Below are positions 32,201 to 42,463 of a stretch of DNA of 64,000 bases, one piece after another. The stretch's first letter is position 1, and every line of letters starts with the position of its first letter. Made by a program: the position numbers and the translations under genes. The stretch lies in assembly GCA_000002445.1 (NCBI GenBank), contig CH464491.1, positions 3,072,001 to 3,136,000 of the forward strand, in the 5' to 3' direction. The stretch is from Trypanosoma brucei (lineage: Eukaryota). Under the pieces are notes generated by a model. The model was not told where the DNA came from, searched no databases, and saw only the letters and a list, made by a program, of their open reading frames with translations.

Positions 32201-32576
32201 CTTCTTCTCACTTTGTGCTTTTGGTGGCCACCATGGTGAATTGTACACATCACAAACGTCCGTTCAACATCCCTCTGCTGCATTCCGTTCTGCGGCAGTG
32301 TTTGGGCTACGAGCCTGCGGCGGGAGAGCTGTCCGGTCTATTGCTCTCGCGCTCAACGATGACTGCGCAGCTGTGCGACTGGAGGCATTTGAGACAGTGG
32401 ACGCCGTTGGTGTCACTGAATTCATGTCTGTTTTGCGATTGCGGCCGCAAAGCCATACGCGCCAGGTTGCTGCTGCTCTAAGGGACTCCCTGCTCCGAGA
32501 TGTTAGTCGCGGTGCGGAGAGGAAGACGGCACATGAACTCTACGTGGCTCTCACGAGTGGATGCGCCACGTCTTAA
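29292..32576 (+). CDS. Large HEAT/ARM-repeat hypothetical protein (1094 aa)
   Basis: Uninterrupted 3.3-kb ORF in the polycistron orientation. The C-terminal two thirds carry recurring helical-repeat patterns (LLELLLQQVPES, LLRLIHLQVSCLKLVALTIRAVG, PHWRVRDAACAGLGELGV, RSAAVFGLRACGG, VRLEAFETVDAVG) typical of HEAT repeats. The N-terminal 350 aa are Ser/Asp/Glu-rich low complexity. No specific family recognised. Confidence 0.5.
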   Translation: MSRALLSRNSCLLRAYAVLHQVEVLRQENILSPLPSDSEVSSASGSSGACSPVLTEIKADSSAHLSASADGGGEFSCNGDSEAPVASKEVSDAVKKLSDVNTKGEEVMPVEDVPYKCSIQPQEDAEKRLSPSLYARTKVQEGKVNNNNMMGFHSPCAVSPRSRSASVSPEGDKKVKVGRNVTAVADRILQRYGIRKTDECAMSDDNNDGSALQSMESSPLRREEEDIRSSFGPRQNCTALKEFSCIDPTTAKSTGALVSSYTDLQEFHKRSLQKKEKDEEDSHRERLDEKKKMPPNVSPLETQTYDGSEDHEDRCATTANADVDADANGDGVPLKPSLMTSATEILALNSKRLQEKLRMMKSSAGGNTTHCHTWFAVTALMNTDDAIQHIVVPLLLELLLQQVPESQPAPADDNPVVASILCALAGLGERAMSALPTLLRLIHLQVSCLKLVALTIRAVGGDRGMRELCTLARTGCDGGEAGTRGNPDVWAAVVYGISAMARPLVGYTAVHCLPTLEHDDSSNNHEASGVTFYQKPSCVNFEKYCGGDPLRQELAPQTQPTYVPTHVVMDVELARCRLQGLIASSPLQPTSNSYLPLSVILRDFVQVVTLLWNQRMQCLLPETVRLELQPRGDEVDPSLNTAEYHLPYSYDPHYIGREDDLFAIEETLVTLLLERFTPTVVLEQTLLSLASLPAFATTHVAAPVLDFLEQFTERFLRQQQECAGKGFAYINQEAVVVVGLVALGRLARNAKTPQAVADAACELLLQNISSPHWRVRDAACAGLGELGVTTNRADTVIQVVTDCLNDAGVNPETAAWALSRMGARGVRILLDRVVTQPGGATAEADSYGVGETEPLSASTRIACVRALPKAEVLAMPSGGSDRVRGLREEVLRQLGVFITVNNGEESIALECVYALAELLRMSCGDPDKVDVSRGEEALACCLTYEPSETFDVFKTLIEATDLPCSILKALFFSLCAFGGHHGELYTSQTSVQHPSAAFRSAAVFGLRACGGRAVRSIALALNDDCAAVRLEAFETVDAVGVTEFMSVLRLRPQSHTRQVAAALRDSLLRDVSRGAERKTAHELYVALTSGCATS

Positions 32577-33134
32577 GTGAGCAAAAGATGGGGAGGGGGG
32601 GCGTGCTCTTGTGTGTACGCTGTTTCTGCCAACATCACCTGTAGCTGCCTCTTTTCCATATTCCTTAAGTCATAACTCCGTGGGTTGGCGTTAGTGCTCA
32701 ACTACACGAAATGAAATGAACTCTGATATTTCACACAATGGCACGGAAGCATCTGAATCTTTTAGTTGATTTCTTTGCTGTCGTCCATCCCCGCTGTAGT
32801 GAGGAATGGCTGATCACTGGTCTCGCCCGCGCCTAAACGACGTTAATGCCCATTCCGAATTACTTTAAACGTGGTGGGCTTTCACACGGTTGGATTGTGT
32901 TTCCATCCGTTAAACTGGCGGGCTCCGAAGTACTTCACGCCAAAGAGCAAAAAACGTTGCTAATCAAGGCAGCTATGCTGCGTTTGGTAATGTGTACCTC
33001 TCGCTCATTTTTTTTTTACCTTACTCTCCTAAATTTTTACTTGTTTTCATTTGGTTCGTCTGTTGTTCCACTTCTGAACGTTAGAACTTCACGTATCTTT
33101 AAAAAGAAAGGGAAGGCACTGTTTCTTAGGAACT

Positions 33135-33563
33135 ATGGGCAAGATCCGCACGAAGACCGTGAAGCGCGCGTCCAAGCAGATCGTGGAGAAGTACTTCTCC
33201 AAACTGAACAAGGACTTCTACCAAAACAAGCGCATTGTTATGGATGTCACTATTGCCCGCTCCAAGAAGCTGAAGAATAAGATTGCCGGTTACGCCACAC
33301 ACATTATGAAGCGTCTCGCCCGCGGCCCTGTCCGTGGTATCTCGCTGAAACTGCAAGAAGAGGAGCGTGAGCGCCGCATGGACTACGTGCCGGAGGTTTC
33401 TCATGTTGACCAGGCTATCCAGGACGGCATCCGTGTCGACAAGCAGACACTTGCCATGCTGAAGCGTATGGAGACTGGCGTTCCGCGTCACGTCCTGCCT
33501 AATGTTGTGGCGGCACCGAACGTCTCGAAGGGCGCTCGCCGCGGTGGTCCAGCGCGCAAGTAA
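33135..33563 (+). CDS. RPS17: 40S ribosomal protein S17 (eS17), copy 1 of tandem pair
   Basis: [89 protein letters not shown] is the conserved eukaryotic RPS17 sequence. The product is 142 aa. Confidence 0.95.
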   Translation: MGKIRTKTVKRASKQIVEKYFSKLNKDFYQNKRIVMDVTIARSKKLKNKIAGYATHIMKRLARGPVRGISLKLQEEERERRMDYVPEVSHVDQAIQDGIRVDKQTLAMLKRMETGVPRHVLPNVVAAPNVSKGARRGGPARK

Positions 33564-33891
33564 AGCACTAGTGAATAGCCACTAGCTCAACCCGTGGGTT
33601 GCTCATTTTGACTTTTCCATTTCAAAAAAGATATCATTTGTGAGGTTCTGTGTTTTCGTTTCCTTTCACAACAGTGCTCGGTGGTTTAGCATGCCCTGTA
33701 TTGCTGATGTTCCTTTGCGTTTTTTTTCTCTAAGTGGGGGTTCTGCTTTCTCATCTGGTACGGAATCTTTATGTCGTGCACGTACTTGTACTGCTCTTTT
33801 TTTTCTCTTTTCTCCTTTACGCTTTGTTTTCACTTGATTTCGGTCATTACCGCTCCCTCTGCACTAACGGAAGTGAGATCGAACAGCGACT

Positions 33892-34320
33892 ATGGGTAAG
33901 ATCCGCACGAAGACCGTGAAGCGCGCGTCCAAGCAGATCGTGGAGAAGTACTTCTCCAAACTGAACAAGGACTTCTACCAAAACAAGCGCATTGTTATGG
34001 ATGTCACTATTGCCCGCTCCAAGAAGCTGAAGAATAAGATTGCCGGTTACGCCACACACATTATGAAGCGTCTCGCCCGCGGCCCTGTCCGTGGTATCTC
34101 GCTGAAACTGCAAGAAGAGGAGCGTGAGCGCCGCATGGACTACGTGCCGGAGGTTTCTCATGTTGACCAGGCTATCCAGGACGGCATCCGTGTCGACAAG
34201 CAGACACTTGCCATGCTGAAGCGTATGGAGACTGGCGTTCCGCGTCACGTCCTGCCTAATGTTGTGGCGGCACCGAACGTCTCGAAGGGCGCTCGCCGCG
34301 GTGGTCCAGCGCGCAAGTAA
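33892..34320 (+). CDS. RPS17: 40S ribosomal protein S17 (eS17), copy 2 of tandem pair
   Basis: The protein is identical to copy 1, and the CDS differs by a synonymous GGC/GGT at codon 2. About 48 nt of 3' flank are also identical (one mismatch), whereas the 5' flanks differ. Confidence 0.95.
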   Translation: MGKIRTKTVKRASKQIVEKYFSKLNKDFYQNKRIVMDVTIARSKKLKNKIAGYATHIMKRLARGPVRGISLKLQEEERERRMDYVPEVSHVDQAIQDGIRVDKQTLAMLKRMETGVPRHVLPNVVAAPNVSKGARRGGPARK

Positions 34321-34649
34321 AGCACTAGTGAATAGCCACTAGCTCAACCCGCGGGTTGCTCATTTTGATCTCTACTAGTTGACTTTGTTTTATGTTTTTC
34401 CTTAAACTCTCATAACAGCAAGGGCACAAATACGGTTCCCTATTGCACGTACCTTTTGGTGTGCTCGCTGCCCCTTATTTTAGGCTTCCTCCCACCACGA
34501 TGCGGGGGAAGAACTGAAGTGGGGGGTCGACTGTAGTTTGCCTCTGACGCTGATAACAGCGTTTGCTGCACACGCCCTTTGCTCACGTTTACGTTTTCTC
34601 CCTTGTTTTCTGCAGGTTTTGCCAGTTGAGTATAGGTGTATTGAAGGGC

Positions 34650-35024
34650 AAAGTGATGAACGAGCCTGATGCCATGAAACTGTGTAACCTGTCAAAGGTC
34701 CTTCCTAACATTCCATATGCTAGACATTCTGCTGGGTTTGGGGTGAGCAGGAGCGCATCATCCTCAGCCCCGTTTACTTCACGGAGTCAAACCAATATAA
34801 AGGTGGTGGGCCTTTATTGTAGTCGTGCACCTACAGAAGAAAAGGTTGTGGCCCAGGTGAAAGAGGAGGATGGAAGAGGGACAGGATCTTCTAGTAGGCG
34901 AAACATTTACGTTCGTGTACAGATTGACAAAATGACCATCGAAATGCTTCCACTCGACGTTATGCGAAGGAAGTATCCACAGGTGCTCATTGACTATTTG
35001 CTAGCAACAGCTGCATGGGTGTGA
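34650..35024 (+). CDS. Possible small hypothetical protein (weak)
   Basis: Only + strand ORF in the 1.5-kb spacer between RPS17 copy 2 and SF3B1. The ORF-track ORF spans 34563..35024, and I set the start at the in-frame ATG at 34650 (MNEPDAMKLCNLSKV...). No recognisable domain; called from position and length only. Confidence 0.2.
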   Translation, partial: KVMNEPDAMKLCNLSKVLPNIPYARHSAGFGVSRSASSSAPFTSRSQTNIKVVGLYCSRAPTEEKVVAQVKEEDGRGTGSSSRRNIYVRVQIDKMTIEMLPLDVMRRKYPQVLIDYLLATAAWV

Positions 35025-35808
35025 CGGTAGCGTCTTTACTGCCATTGGTCGGATGCAGTTTCATGATGGGGTTATCATGGTTTTCTTTTCGGGCGATATT
35101 TAGCTTGATCGCATTTGACTCTTCCAGTTTAGCGCTTGGGCTGTTGGCTTACATTTTATCTTCATATGAGAAGGAGAAAAGGGGGCACAGTGCATCTGAT
35201 TGCATATGACTTAATTGGTAAAATATGGGTTGGTCGCAAAGGAGTGGAGACAGTGGTGGGGCGCCCACGTGTATGCGACGGGATATACTACCGGAGGGGA
35301 AGAGTCAAACGTTGTCTTGTCGAAAGGTTATACTCCTTTTGGTGTCCGCTAAAGGGGTGTATTCATTGAGGATGATGATACCTCATTGCCAAACGGCAGC
35401 AGGGGAGAACACTTACACGTGCATGTAGTAATTCTCAAAACTTTACCACATTAGCTTACAGAAGAGCTGTTTGTCCGTGTGTCCTTAGGCTTTTCTGTGG
35501 GGCCCTTTGATTCCTGCTGGAGGACGGCCGCTTTCCGTTCTTCGATGTCATAGTGGGTTTTGTTTAGATCTCTGTGACATGATTTTATTTTATTTTCTTT
35601 ACTGCACTCTTCTCCGTCTGGCATTTGTCTTGCCTTTTGACCAACCGCCACTCAGTAGTGCGCACGCGTAGGTGCACCAACGAAGACAAGGGAAGTAGCA
35701 ACAGTGACAAGGGGAAGCACTGAGGAATACTGTGTGGGACCCCAAGGTGTACGGAGTTAAAGGGGTGGAGATAGTGATAGGTATAAAAGGAACTTATACA
35801 CTAGGGAG

Positions 35809-38800
35809 TTGGGAGAGGGTGGAGCCATGGCCGATGAAGACGGTTCTGTTGAACCGACGTTAAAAGCGCATCGCTGGGAGATGTCCTCCTCCGCATCTGC
35901 AGCTCCCACAACATCGCGGTGGGGCGCGGGGACGCCACGGCAGCGTGGTGGCGACACCCCAAAAGTGGTCGTCAACACGGAGTTGTCGGCGTGGCGTGGG
36001 CATGCAACACCAACACCGAGTGCGTACGCGATGGATCCTGCGAAGACCCCAACCATGCGTGCCACTGGTGGTGCGACACCGGTGCAAGGAGGTCAAACTC
36101 CGATGTTTGGTGGGCAGACACCGGTATTTGGAGGTCAGACACCGGCATTCGGTAGTGGAACACCCATGTTCACGGGGGCAACACCCGCCGCTGGCATGGC
36201 CTTTGGTGCAACTCCGAATTACCAGTTTGAAGGGACAACGCCTGTGCAGTCCCACTTTGCGGGGGGTGAGTCACAATCAGCTGTTACGGCTAACATCGGA
36301 GCCCAGGCAAGGAAATTGGAAATGCAGTGGCGCGTTAAGAATAAGCGTCTTACAGAGGAGTATCTCGACTCGATCCTTCCACCGGAATTTAAGCTTGTGG
36401 AACCACCAGCCGATTACAACCCACCGCCCACGGAAGAGCCTAACTTCTACGAGCTTGCCAGTAAGTCGTTGGATGTCTTTGTTGTGAACCAAAACAGCGA
36501 TGCGGCAGCTTCTATGACTTATGATATACCAGAAAGTCTGGGAGACGGTATGCCACAAATGCAAACTCAAGATGCGCCTGTTTTCGAGGTTCTGCTCAAG
36601 TACCATAACGTGAACCCGATACCTGACGAGGTGCTTCCCTCCTACATGCTGATGAAGAACCTCTTCAAGATCAAGAATGGCGATACCAACCAACGGCGGA
36701 TCGCCATGCGGTACTTGCTAGACAAGGCACGTATTTTTGGGAGTGGACCTCTTTTCCAGTTTACATTTCACGTTTGGCGTTCGGGAATCCTCGACGTGAT
36801 TGAGCAACATTACTATGTGGACCTTGTGAAAGGTGCGATTTCCAGGTTACAGAAAGACGTCCGTGGCTCGAGCAAGGAGATCGTTCACATGATGGAAGTC
36901 TTGCTCTCCGCCCAGGAGCGGGTGCTACGAGATGATGGCAAGGAGGTTCTCATTTTGCTCACGCGTGTGGTAGGCTATGAAGCAGTTTTTGAGGCAATTA
37001 AGGAGGACTTTGCCCACGCGGAAAGCGGTGTGCGTCGTCACACCGCTAAAGTTGTTGCAATAATAGCGTTTGCTGTGGGGCCAGAAATAGCGATAAAGAT
37101 AATTCATGGTATGTCACTGTCTCCGGTTGCCCTCGCTCGTCAGACGTCTGCGCGGGCCATAACTGAAATGGCAACCATCCTCATGCACGCCATCACTGGA
37201 GAATTAGTGGAGCTTGTACCTATTTTTGAAAAACTTCTGCGGGATGAACCGCGGGTGAAACGGGAGGCCGCAAGCGCGCTTGCTCACGTGGCGGAGGCAA
37301 CCTACCCTTATGGAATTGAGGAGTTGGATTCCCTCGTTTATATTGTGCGAGAGGAATGTAAGCGCGGCATCGGTACCACCACGGGGTTGTTCGTCCGCGC
37401 GTTCGGTGCGCTCATTCCGCTAATGGCCCCATATGATGCTCAAAAATACACATCAGATATGCTTCCAACGCTTGTAAATCAGTTTAACACGCCAGACGAT
37501 GAGCATCGCCGCGTTTTGCTTCAAGTGGTGCGACAATGCGTCTCGGCTGATGGAGTGACTGTGGATTTCATTCGTAACGTCATCTTGAGGCCGTTTTTTG
37601 AAGGATTTTGGACCATCCGTCGCGTAGCTGCTGATAGGAAAACAGCCGGTATCCTTATTGATACGACGGTGGGAATTGCACGGCGTATTGGCAGCACGGA
37701 GATTCTTCAATACCTCGTTCAAGACATGAAAGACGAGAATGAGCATTTCCAACGTATGGTTGTTGAGACGGTAAGACGTGTTATTGCAAACGTGGGTGCA
37801 GTTGGTGTTCCCGACACTCTTGTTGCGCTGTTGATGGACGGTGCGATCGCGGCCGTAAAACAGGACGAGACTGGCTTGAACCGTGTGGTGATGGAAGGCC
37901 TGGCGACCATCTGTAATGCCCTCGGTACTCGCCTGAAGCGGCACTTACGGCAGATATTTGATCTCATAAAAAGCCGTCGCGACATGCCTGGGATGATCCG
38001 GATGCAGGCAGCCGAGCTGGCGGCTCGCATTGCCACAACCGTGAAGGATGCAGGAGGAGCGTTGTTCCTGCAGGATCTGGGGCGAAGCCTCTTTGACCGC
38101 CTAGAAGACGACGAGGCCGCCGTGATGAGTGCCAACCTCAAGGCAACACGTGTCATCTTGGTGGAGCTTGGTGCTGCGAGGTACCAACCGCCAGTGCGAG
38201 AGCTCTTAAAGAAGTTGATGTACATAATTCCGAATCGCAATAGCAATGTGCAGCTGAACACCATTTTACTTGTGGAGGAGATCGCAACTAATTGTGACGA
38301 GGACGTCGAGGCCATTCACTTACAAGAGTTGGCGACGAAAGGGTTGTTTGAGCTCCTTGATGCCCACCGTCGTGAAACACGGCGGGCATGCACACGCACA
38401 TTTGGTGTTATTGCGCGGAAGATTCGACCATTTGCCATAATCCTGGAGCTCGTCGATAACTTTAAGCAGGATAAACGTAAGATTCGTATTTGCACAGCGG
38501 TGGCCCTAGGGGCGATAGCCCGCGAATGCGGTGCCTTTACTGTTATTCCTTACCTCCTGAACGAAAGCAAAATATGTGAGGGGGAGCAGGTGGCCACGAT
38601 TGTGCAGCACTCCATTCTTAAGGCCGTTCGATACATCTTCGAAGCTATTGGTGCAGCCGGAAAGGACTTTGTGTATCCTCTCGTACCGCTGTTAGTGCGA
38701 GCACTGACGGAAATGGAGATCCAGCACCGGCGTATGGCGGTTGAGGCATGTCGGTCAATTGTGCTGGCGGTCGCCGGCAACGACGGATTCGAGGATCTGG

Positions 38801-39126
38801 TGATCCACTTCCTCAACTTTATCCACCCCAACATTGTGGAACTTCTTTCGCGGAACGAGACGAAAATAAGTGAGGAGAGGCTTAAGATGGTCACGGCGGT
38901 TGTTGGTTATTACGAGGCAGCGCGCCTGGTAATTGGTTCGGGGAAGTTGTTTCAGTATTTGCTTCAGGGGTTATTCCACCCAGCAAAGAAAGTACGTGAC
39001 ATTTACCGTAGGACATATAACATGGTATATATGGCAAGCCCAGAGGCCCTTGTGCCATATTACCCGCGACTGGGGGATGACAATGAGCATACATATGTAC
39101 GGCACGAGTTGGAGGTGCTACTGTAA
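35809..39126 (+). CDS. SF3B1: Splicing factor 3B subunit 1 (SF3b155/SAP155)
   Basis: The N-terminal region carries TP-dipeptide-rich repeats (GGATPVQGGQTPMFGGQTPVFGGQTPAFGSGTPMFTGATPAAG), as in the SF3B1 N-terminus. The first HEAT region MKNLFKIKNGDTNQRRIAMRYLLDKARIFGSGPLF matches human SF3B1 [32 protein letters not shown]. About 800 aa of HEAT repeats follow, and total length is 1105 aa. Confidence 0.85.
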   Translation: MGEGGAMADEDGSVEPTLKAHRWEMSSSASAAPTTSRWGAGTPRQRGGDTPKVVVNTELSAWRGHATPTPSAYAMDPAKTPTMRATGGATPVQGGQTPMFGGQTPVFGGQTPAFGSGTPMFTGATPAAGMAFGATPNYQFEGTTPVQSHFAGGESQSAVTANIGAQARKLEMQWRVKNKRLTEEYLDSILPPEFKLVEPPADYNPPPTEEPNFYELASKSLDVFVVNQNSDAAASMTYDIPESLGDGMPQMQTQDAPVFEVLLKYHNVNPIPDEVLPSYMLMKNLFKIKNGDTNQRRIAMRYLLDKARIFGSGPLFQFTFHVWRSGILDVIEQHYYVDLVKGAISRLQKDVRGSSKEIVHMMEVLLSAQERVLRDDGKEVLILLTRVVGYEAVFEAIKEDFAHAESGVRRHTAKVVAIIAFAVGPEIAIKIIHGMSLSPVALARQTSARAITEMATILMHAITGELVELVPIFEKLLRDEPRVKREAASALAHVAEATYPYGIEELDSLVYIVREECKRGIGTTTGLFVRAFGALIPLMAPYDAQKYTSDMLPTLVNQFNTPDDEHRRVLLQVVRQCVSADGVTVDFIRNVILRPFFEGFWTIRRVAADRKTAGILIDTTVGIARRIGSTEILQYLVQDMKDENEHFQRMVVETVRRVIANVGAVGVPDTLVALLMDGAIAAVKQDETGLNRVVMEGLATICNALGTRLKRHLRQIFDLIKSRRDMPGMIRMQAAELAARIATTVKDAGGALFLQDLGRSLFDRLEDDEAAVMSANLKATRVILVELGAARYQPPVRELLKKLMYIIPNRNSNVQLNTILLVEEIATNCDEDVEAIHLQELATKGLFELLDAHRRETRRACTRTFGVIARKIRPFAIILELVDNFKQDKRKIRICTAVALGAIARECGAFTVIPYLLNESKICEGEQVATIVQHSILKAVRYIFEAIGAAGKDFVYPLVPLLVRALTEMEIQHRRMAVEACRSIVLAVAGNDGFEDLVIHFLNFIHPNIVELLSRNETKISEERLKMVTAVVGYYEAARLVIGSGKLFQYLLQGLFHPAKKVRDIYRRTYNMVYMASPEALVPYYPRLGDDNEHTYVRHELEVLL

Positions 39127-39753
39127 GAGCATGGATAAAGACGCACCGGGTCTGTTGCTTGGTGGTGATGGTGGGTGCATGCTTGTTGCTGACGTAAAGA
39201 GGTCGCAACGGAAAAGAAAAAAAAAGATGAATGAATGAGGATTCCCGTACATGGCGAACGAATGGGAAGGCACTGCAGACAGAGAAGATTAAGGGAGGAA
39301 GAGGAGGTAACACCAGTGGTAGCTATTTGGTATCTCGATTGAGTTACTGACAAATCCGAATGATATCGACTCTTGCCTCGCTCTTTTGCACGAGCCCCCG
39401 TCTCTTTCCACGTGACGGATTCCGTTTATCCGGTGGTGGTGGTGGTGGTGATAGCTTCTGTAAGGTGATCAGACTTCCGTGTATTCAATGTGGAAGCTTG
39501 TCGATCGCCGGCAGTAGGGCGGCTGGTTGATGGCACCCGTTTGACCTCTTTCGAGAAAGTACCGTGGTTGGAGCCATCTCCTTCCTCCGCTTGATTATGC
39601 TAGCGAAAGTAATGTTGTAAATAAACAATTTAAAACACGCATACTGCCACTGTGCACGCGCATTACTTTATTTGTTATCATGCTGTACCTGTTTACTTGA
39701 TGTTTATTTCCTTCTACTACTTCAAAAGGGTCTTCCTCGTTTGCCAGGTAAAA

Positions 39754-41847
39754 ATGAGAGAAAAGGAAGCACATAAGGGTAGGAATGGTGTGCTAAATGT
39801 TTCAAATCTTCCTGGTGAACATACATCTCTGGACAGCATAGGACAGCTGCACGACGCTCTTACCGGTGGCAATTGCAAGAGATATGTGTCCATTACCGCG
39901 CAGCACGACAGTCTTCTGTCTCTCACCCTCTCCCCTTCCCTTGCGAGTGCTGTTCAGCACATTACATCTCTCACTGCATCGCACAACCGGTTGAGCACAC
40001 TTCAGGGTATTGAGGCGTTTGTGTGCCTTGAGTTTCTTGACCTGAGCCACAACGCACTACGCATCTTAGACGCGCACTCAACAACGCTGCTGCGGAAACT
40101 TCGGTGCCTCAAGCGATGCAATTTTTCATATAATGAGATATGTATGGCTGACTTCGACACGACATTCCGCTGTGGTATTTCACATAATGAGTCAGGCGCA
40201 AATAAGGAAGGTGGTATTGCCTCAGCAGCAACACCGATGGCATCAGCCGGATCGGTGGGACCCGCAGTTCCCGGATTTTTAGAAGAACTCACCCACCTCG
40301 ATTTGTCTCACAATCAGCTCATTGAGGTGCCGGATCTTCGTTGTATACCAGTATTAGAGGAACTGAATCTTAGCTACAATCGCATCGATCTCATTGCAGA
40401 TCTTGATAACCGTTTGCCACTTCTGCGGCTCTGCTCGTTCTCCATCAGCCACAACTCACTTGCCGTTCTGCCGTCATTACTTCCCCTCACCGTGTTGGCA
40501 GGGACACTTTGCGTTCTGAATGTCGCGGGGAACCCCTGCGTACAGGACTTTGAATCAACTGATCCCGCGATGGGGGGTATTCGCGCTTGGTTGTTGTGGC
40601 TTCTGCCTTACCTCGAGTTGTTAGACGAGGTGCCCCTCACCACAGAGGAACGCCAGATAGCCTGCAAGCTTTTCCGTAGGAACAATAAACTTAGTTATGA
40701 GCTTATGGATGTGATGAATACCAATAATGGTACCCAGCTGGTTTCGTACTTGCGAAAGTTCACTCAGAGGACCACTTCAAGGTCACTTGTTGGCGCGAGA
40801 GAGTCGGTAAGAGAGAAGTCTCCACCTTCGCCCAACCCGGCCGTCGGTGCTGTAAACGGAGGCGTCATCAACAATGTTGGTGGAATCCGCTTTGCCACCG
40901 GTGCCGTGTTCCCCTCCGCCTCGCCCTCGCCGGCGGCGGATGGCACCGTGCGGAGAACGAGCTCGAAGCCACAGCCCATTGAGCTTGTTGTGCAGATGCT
41001 CCAGTGGAAGGTAAGGCAACTGTCAAACGTCATGGAGGTTCTTTGGCAAGAGAGTATGGCAAGACGCGTATTTGCCGTAAGGGTGCTACAGAGGCACGTT
41101 CGGGGGTTCTTGGCCCGGCGACAACTTCCAGAAGTCGTCCACAGAACCTGTACGCGCATAAGGACCAACATGTTAGCCAGTGGGCAACGACCTTATTTCC
41201 CTGACCAACGGAGGTCAGCGAAAGCCGATACCACCTTGAGTGTTGTGCGTTCGTTGGGCTGCGAAAGTATCAGTACCGCTGAAAGCGAACACAGTGTTCA
41301 CACCGAAATTATGCAGCGCATCGACAACTTCGACCATTTGTTCCGGCAAATGGAGGAGGAGTTGCACAAATTTAGGATATTCTGGGCCCGTACCAGAGAA
41401 AAGTCTGTCGTCGTGGTTCAGAAGTACTACCGCGGCTACCTTGACCGCAAACGGTGGCGAAACCTCAAGGAGAGCTATGATGTCTTCATCGACTCGCTGC
41501 GACCGTACGTTGTTGAATTGCAACGGGTATCCCGTGGTTATGTATCGCGAGCTCGGCTGGCGAAAGATTCCCGGCAGTTAAGGGAGATGAGCCGGCTTCG
41601 AGGAGAGGTGGCGGGGCTGCGTGCTGCCGTGGATGAAATGAGGGCCATACTGCAGCAGTATGCGCAAAAGCAACGACGTGGGGATCCGGAAAGCCCAGTG
41701 GTAGAGTCGCCCACAAAGCGTGCAGTTGCGCATAGCATCCCCCTCGCCAAAAACAGCGCAGCCAACACGGGCACCACACTTACCGCTGCCGCTACTGCAG
41801 CCGCCGCGCAGGCATCCGCTGTGGCTCGTATCAGCCCGGAACTTTGA
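39754..41847 (+). CDS. Leucine-rich-repeat protein with IQ calmodulin-binding motifs
   Basis: The ORF-track start at 39652 is GTG, and the first ATG at 39754 gives MREKEAHKG. SDS22-like LRRs are present (LDLSHNALRILD; LDLSHNQLIEVPDLRCIPVLEELNLSYNRIDLIADL; SISHNSLAVLPSLLPLTVL). At least two IQ motifs follow (RVLQRHVRGFLARRQL; VVVQKYYRGYLDRKRWRNL), then a coiled-coil-like tail (RLRGEVAGLRAAVDEMRAILQQYAQKQ). Confidence 0.6.
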   Translation: MREKEAHKGRNGVLNVSNLPGEHTSLDSIGQLHDALTGGNCKRYVSITAQHDSLLSLTLSPSLASAVQHITSLTASHNRLSTLQGIEAFVCLEFLDLSHNALRILDAHSTTLLRKLRCLKRCNFSYNEICMADFDTTFRCGISHNESGANKEGGIASAATPMASAGSVGPAVPGFLEELTHLDLSHNQLIEVPDLRCIPVLEELNLSYNRIDLIADLDNRLPLLRLCSFSISHNSLAVLPSLLPLTVLAGTLCVLNVAGNPCVQDFESTDPAMGGIRAWLLWLLPYLELLDEVPLTTEERQIACKLFRRNNKLSYELMDVMNTNNGTQLVSYLRKFTQRTTSRSLVGARESVREKSPPSPNPAVGAVNGGVINNVGGIRFATGAVFPSASPSPAADGTVRRTSSKPQPIELVVQMLQWKVRQLSNVMEVLWQESMARRVFAVRVLQRHVRGFLARRQLPEVVHRTCTRIRTNMLASGQRPYFPDQRRSAKADTTLSVVRSLGCESISTAESEHSVHTEIMQRIDNFDHLFRQMEEELHKFRIFWARTREKSVVVVQKYYRGYLDRKRWRNLKESYDVFIDSLRPYVVELQRVSRGYVSRARLAKDSRQLREMSRLRGEVAGLRAAVDEMRAILQQYAQKQRRGDPESPVVESPTKRAVAHSIPLAKNSAANTGTTLTAAATAAAAQASAVARISPEL

Positions 41848-42063
41848 CGGGGGAGCGTAGGGTTAAGTGCCTCATTGTTTTAACCGTTTCTGTAATTGTT
41901 CCATCTACGTAATTTGTATGAGGTGCTATCTCTACAGCCACGGCACCAATGTGAGTTTTCGCGAGAATGCACTGTCCGTATGAGAGGGGGCTGTGTATAT
42001 ATAAGCATGCGTATTTCAACACACATGCACGCACACACGCGTGCACACGTATACATATGTATC

Positions 42064-42098
42064 TATATATATATATATAGATATATAGATATATATGT
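42064..42098. repeat. Imperfect (TA)n/(ATAG)n microsatellite
   Basis: tatatatatatatatagatatatagatatatatgtgtgt read directly in the spacer after the LRR-IQ gene. Confidence 0.85.
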
Positions 42099-42463
42099 GT
42101 GTACATATGCGTATGAGTGTTCGTCTGTGTCTCTGTGTGTGTGTGTCCCATTGCCATAATGTTTCGTTGAATTTCGTGAATGTTTATCAAACTGCTTCTC
42201 ACGTTAATACTACCCTTGTTTCTTTTTCTTTTCCATCCCTCTTTATGGCTTCGCACCCTCTACTTCCTGCACACCGGTACACTACATGATTCACATGTTT
42301 AGGGGGGGCCTCTGCCCGTTACTGCCAAATTATTCTCGTGTTTAACACTCGGTGTATGCGTTCTTGCTTCTTCCCCGTCTTCCCTTGAAATTGATGCACA
42401 CTTCAATTCTCCAGGGCGGAGTAAAGTAAGCGTGCCGGTAAAGGATATATAGCGCATCAGTAA

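Larger units (their letters stand above)
33135..34368 (+). repeat. Tandem direct duplication of the RPS17 gene unit (period 757 bp)
   Basis: The two CDSs are identical except for one synonymous site. The identical stretch extends about 48 nt past each stop codon (taaagcactagtgaatagccactagctcaacccg[t/c]gggttgctcattttga). The 5' flanks and the inter-copy spacer differ. Confidence 0.9.

Noticed and set aside
35860-36693. Several overlapping ORFs on both strands (35860..36255 -, 35919..36155 +, 35945..36487 +, 36277..36693 -) within the SF3B1 N-terminal repeat region
   Set aside because: The TP-repeat-encoding DNA is internally repetitive and GC-rich, generating open frames in all phases. The SF3B1 frame is supported by long-range homology, the others by nothing.
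37453-38894. Minus-strand ORFs of 114-198 aa inside the SF3B1 HEAT region
   Set aside because: They lie antisense to a strongly conserved CDS and have no recognisable motifs.
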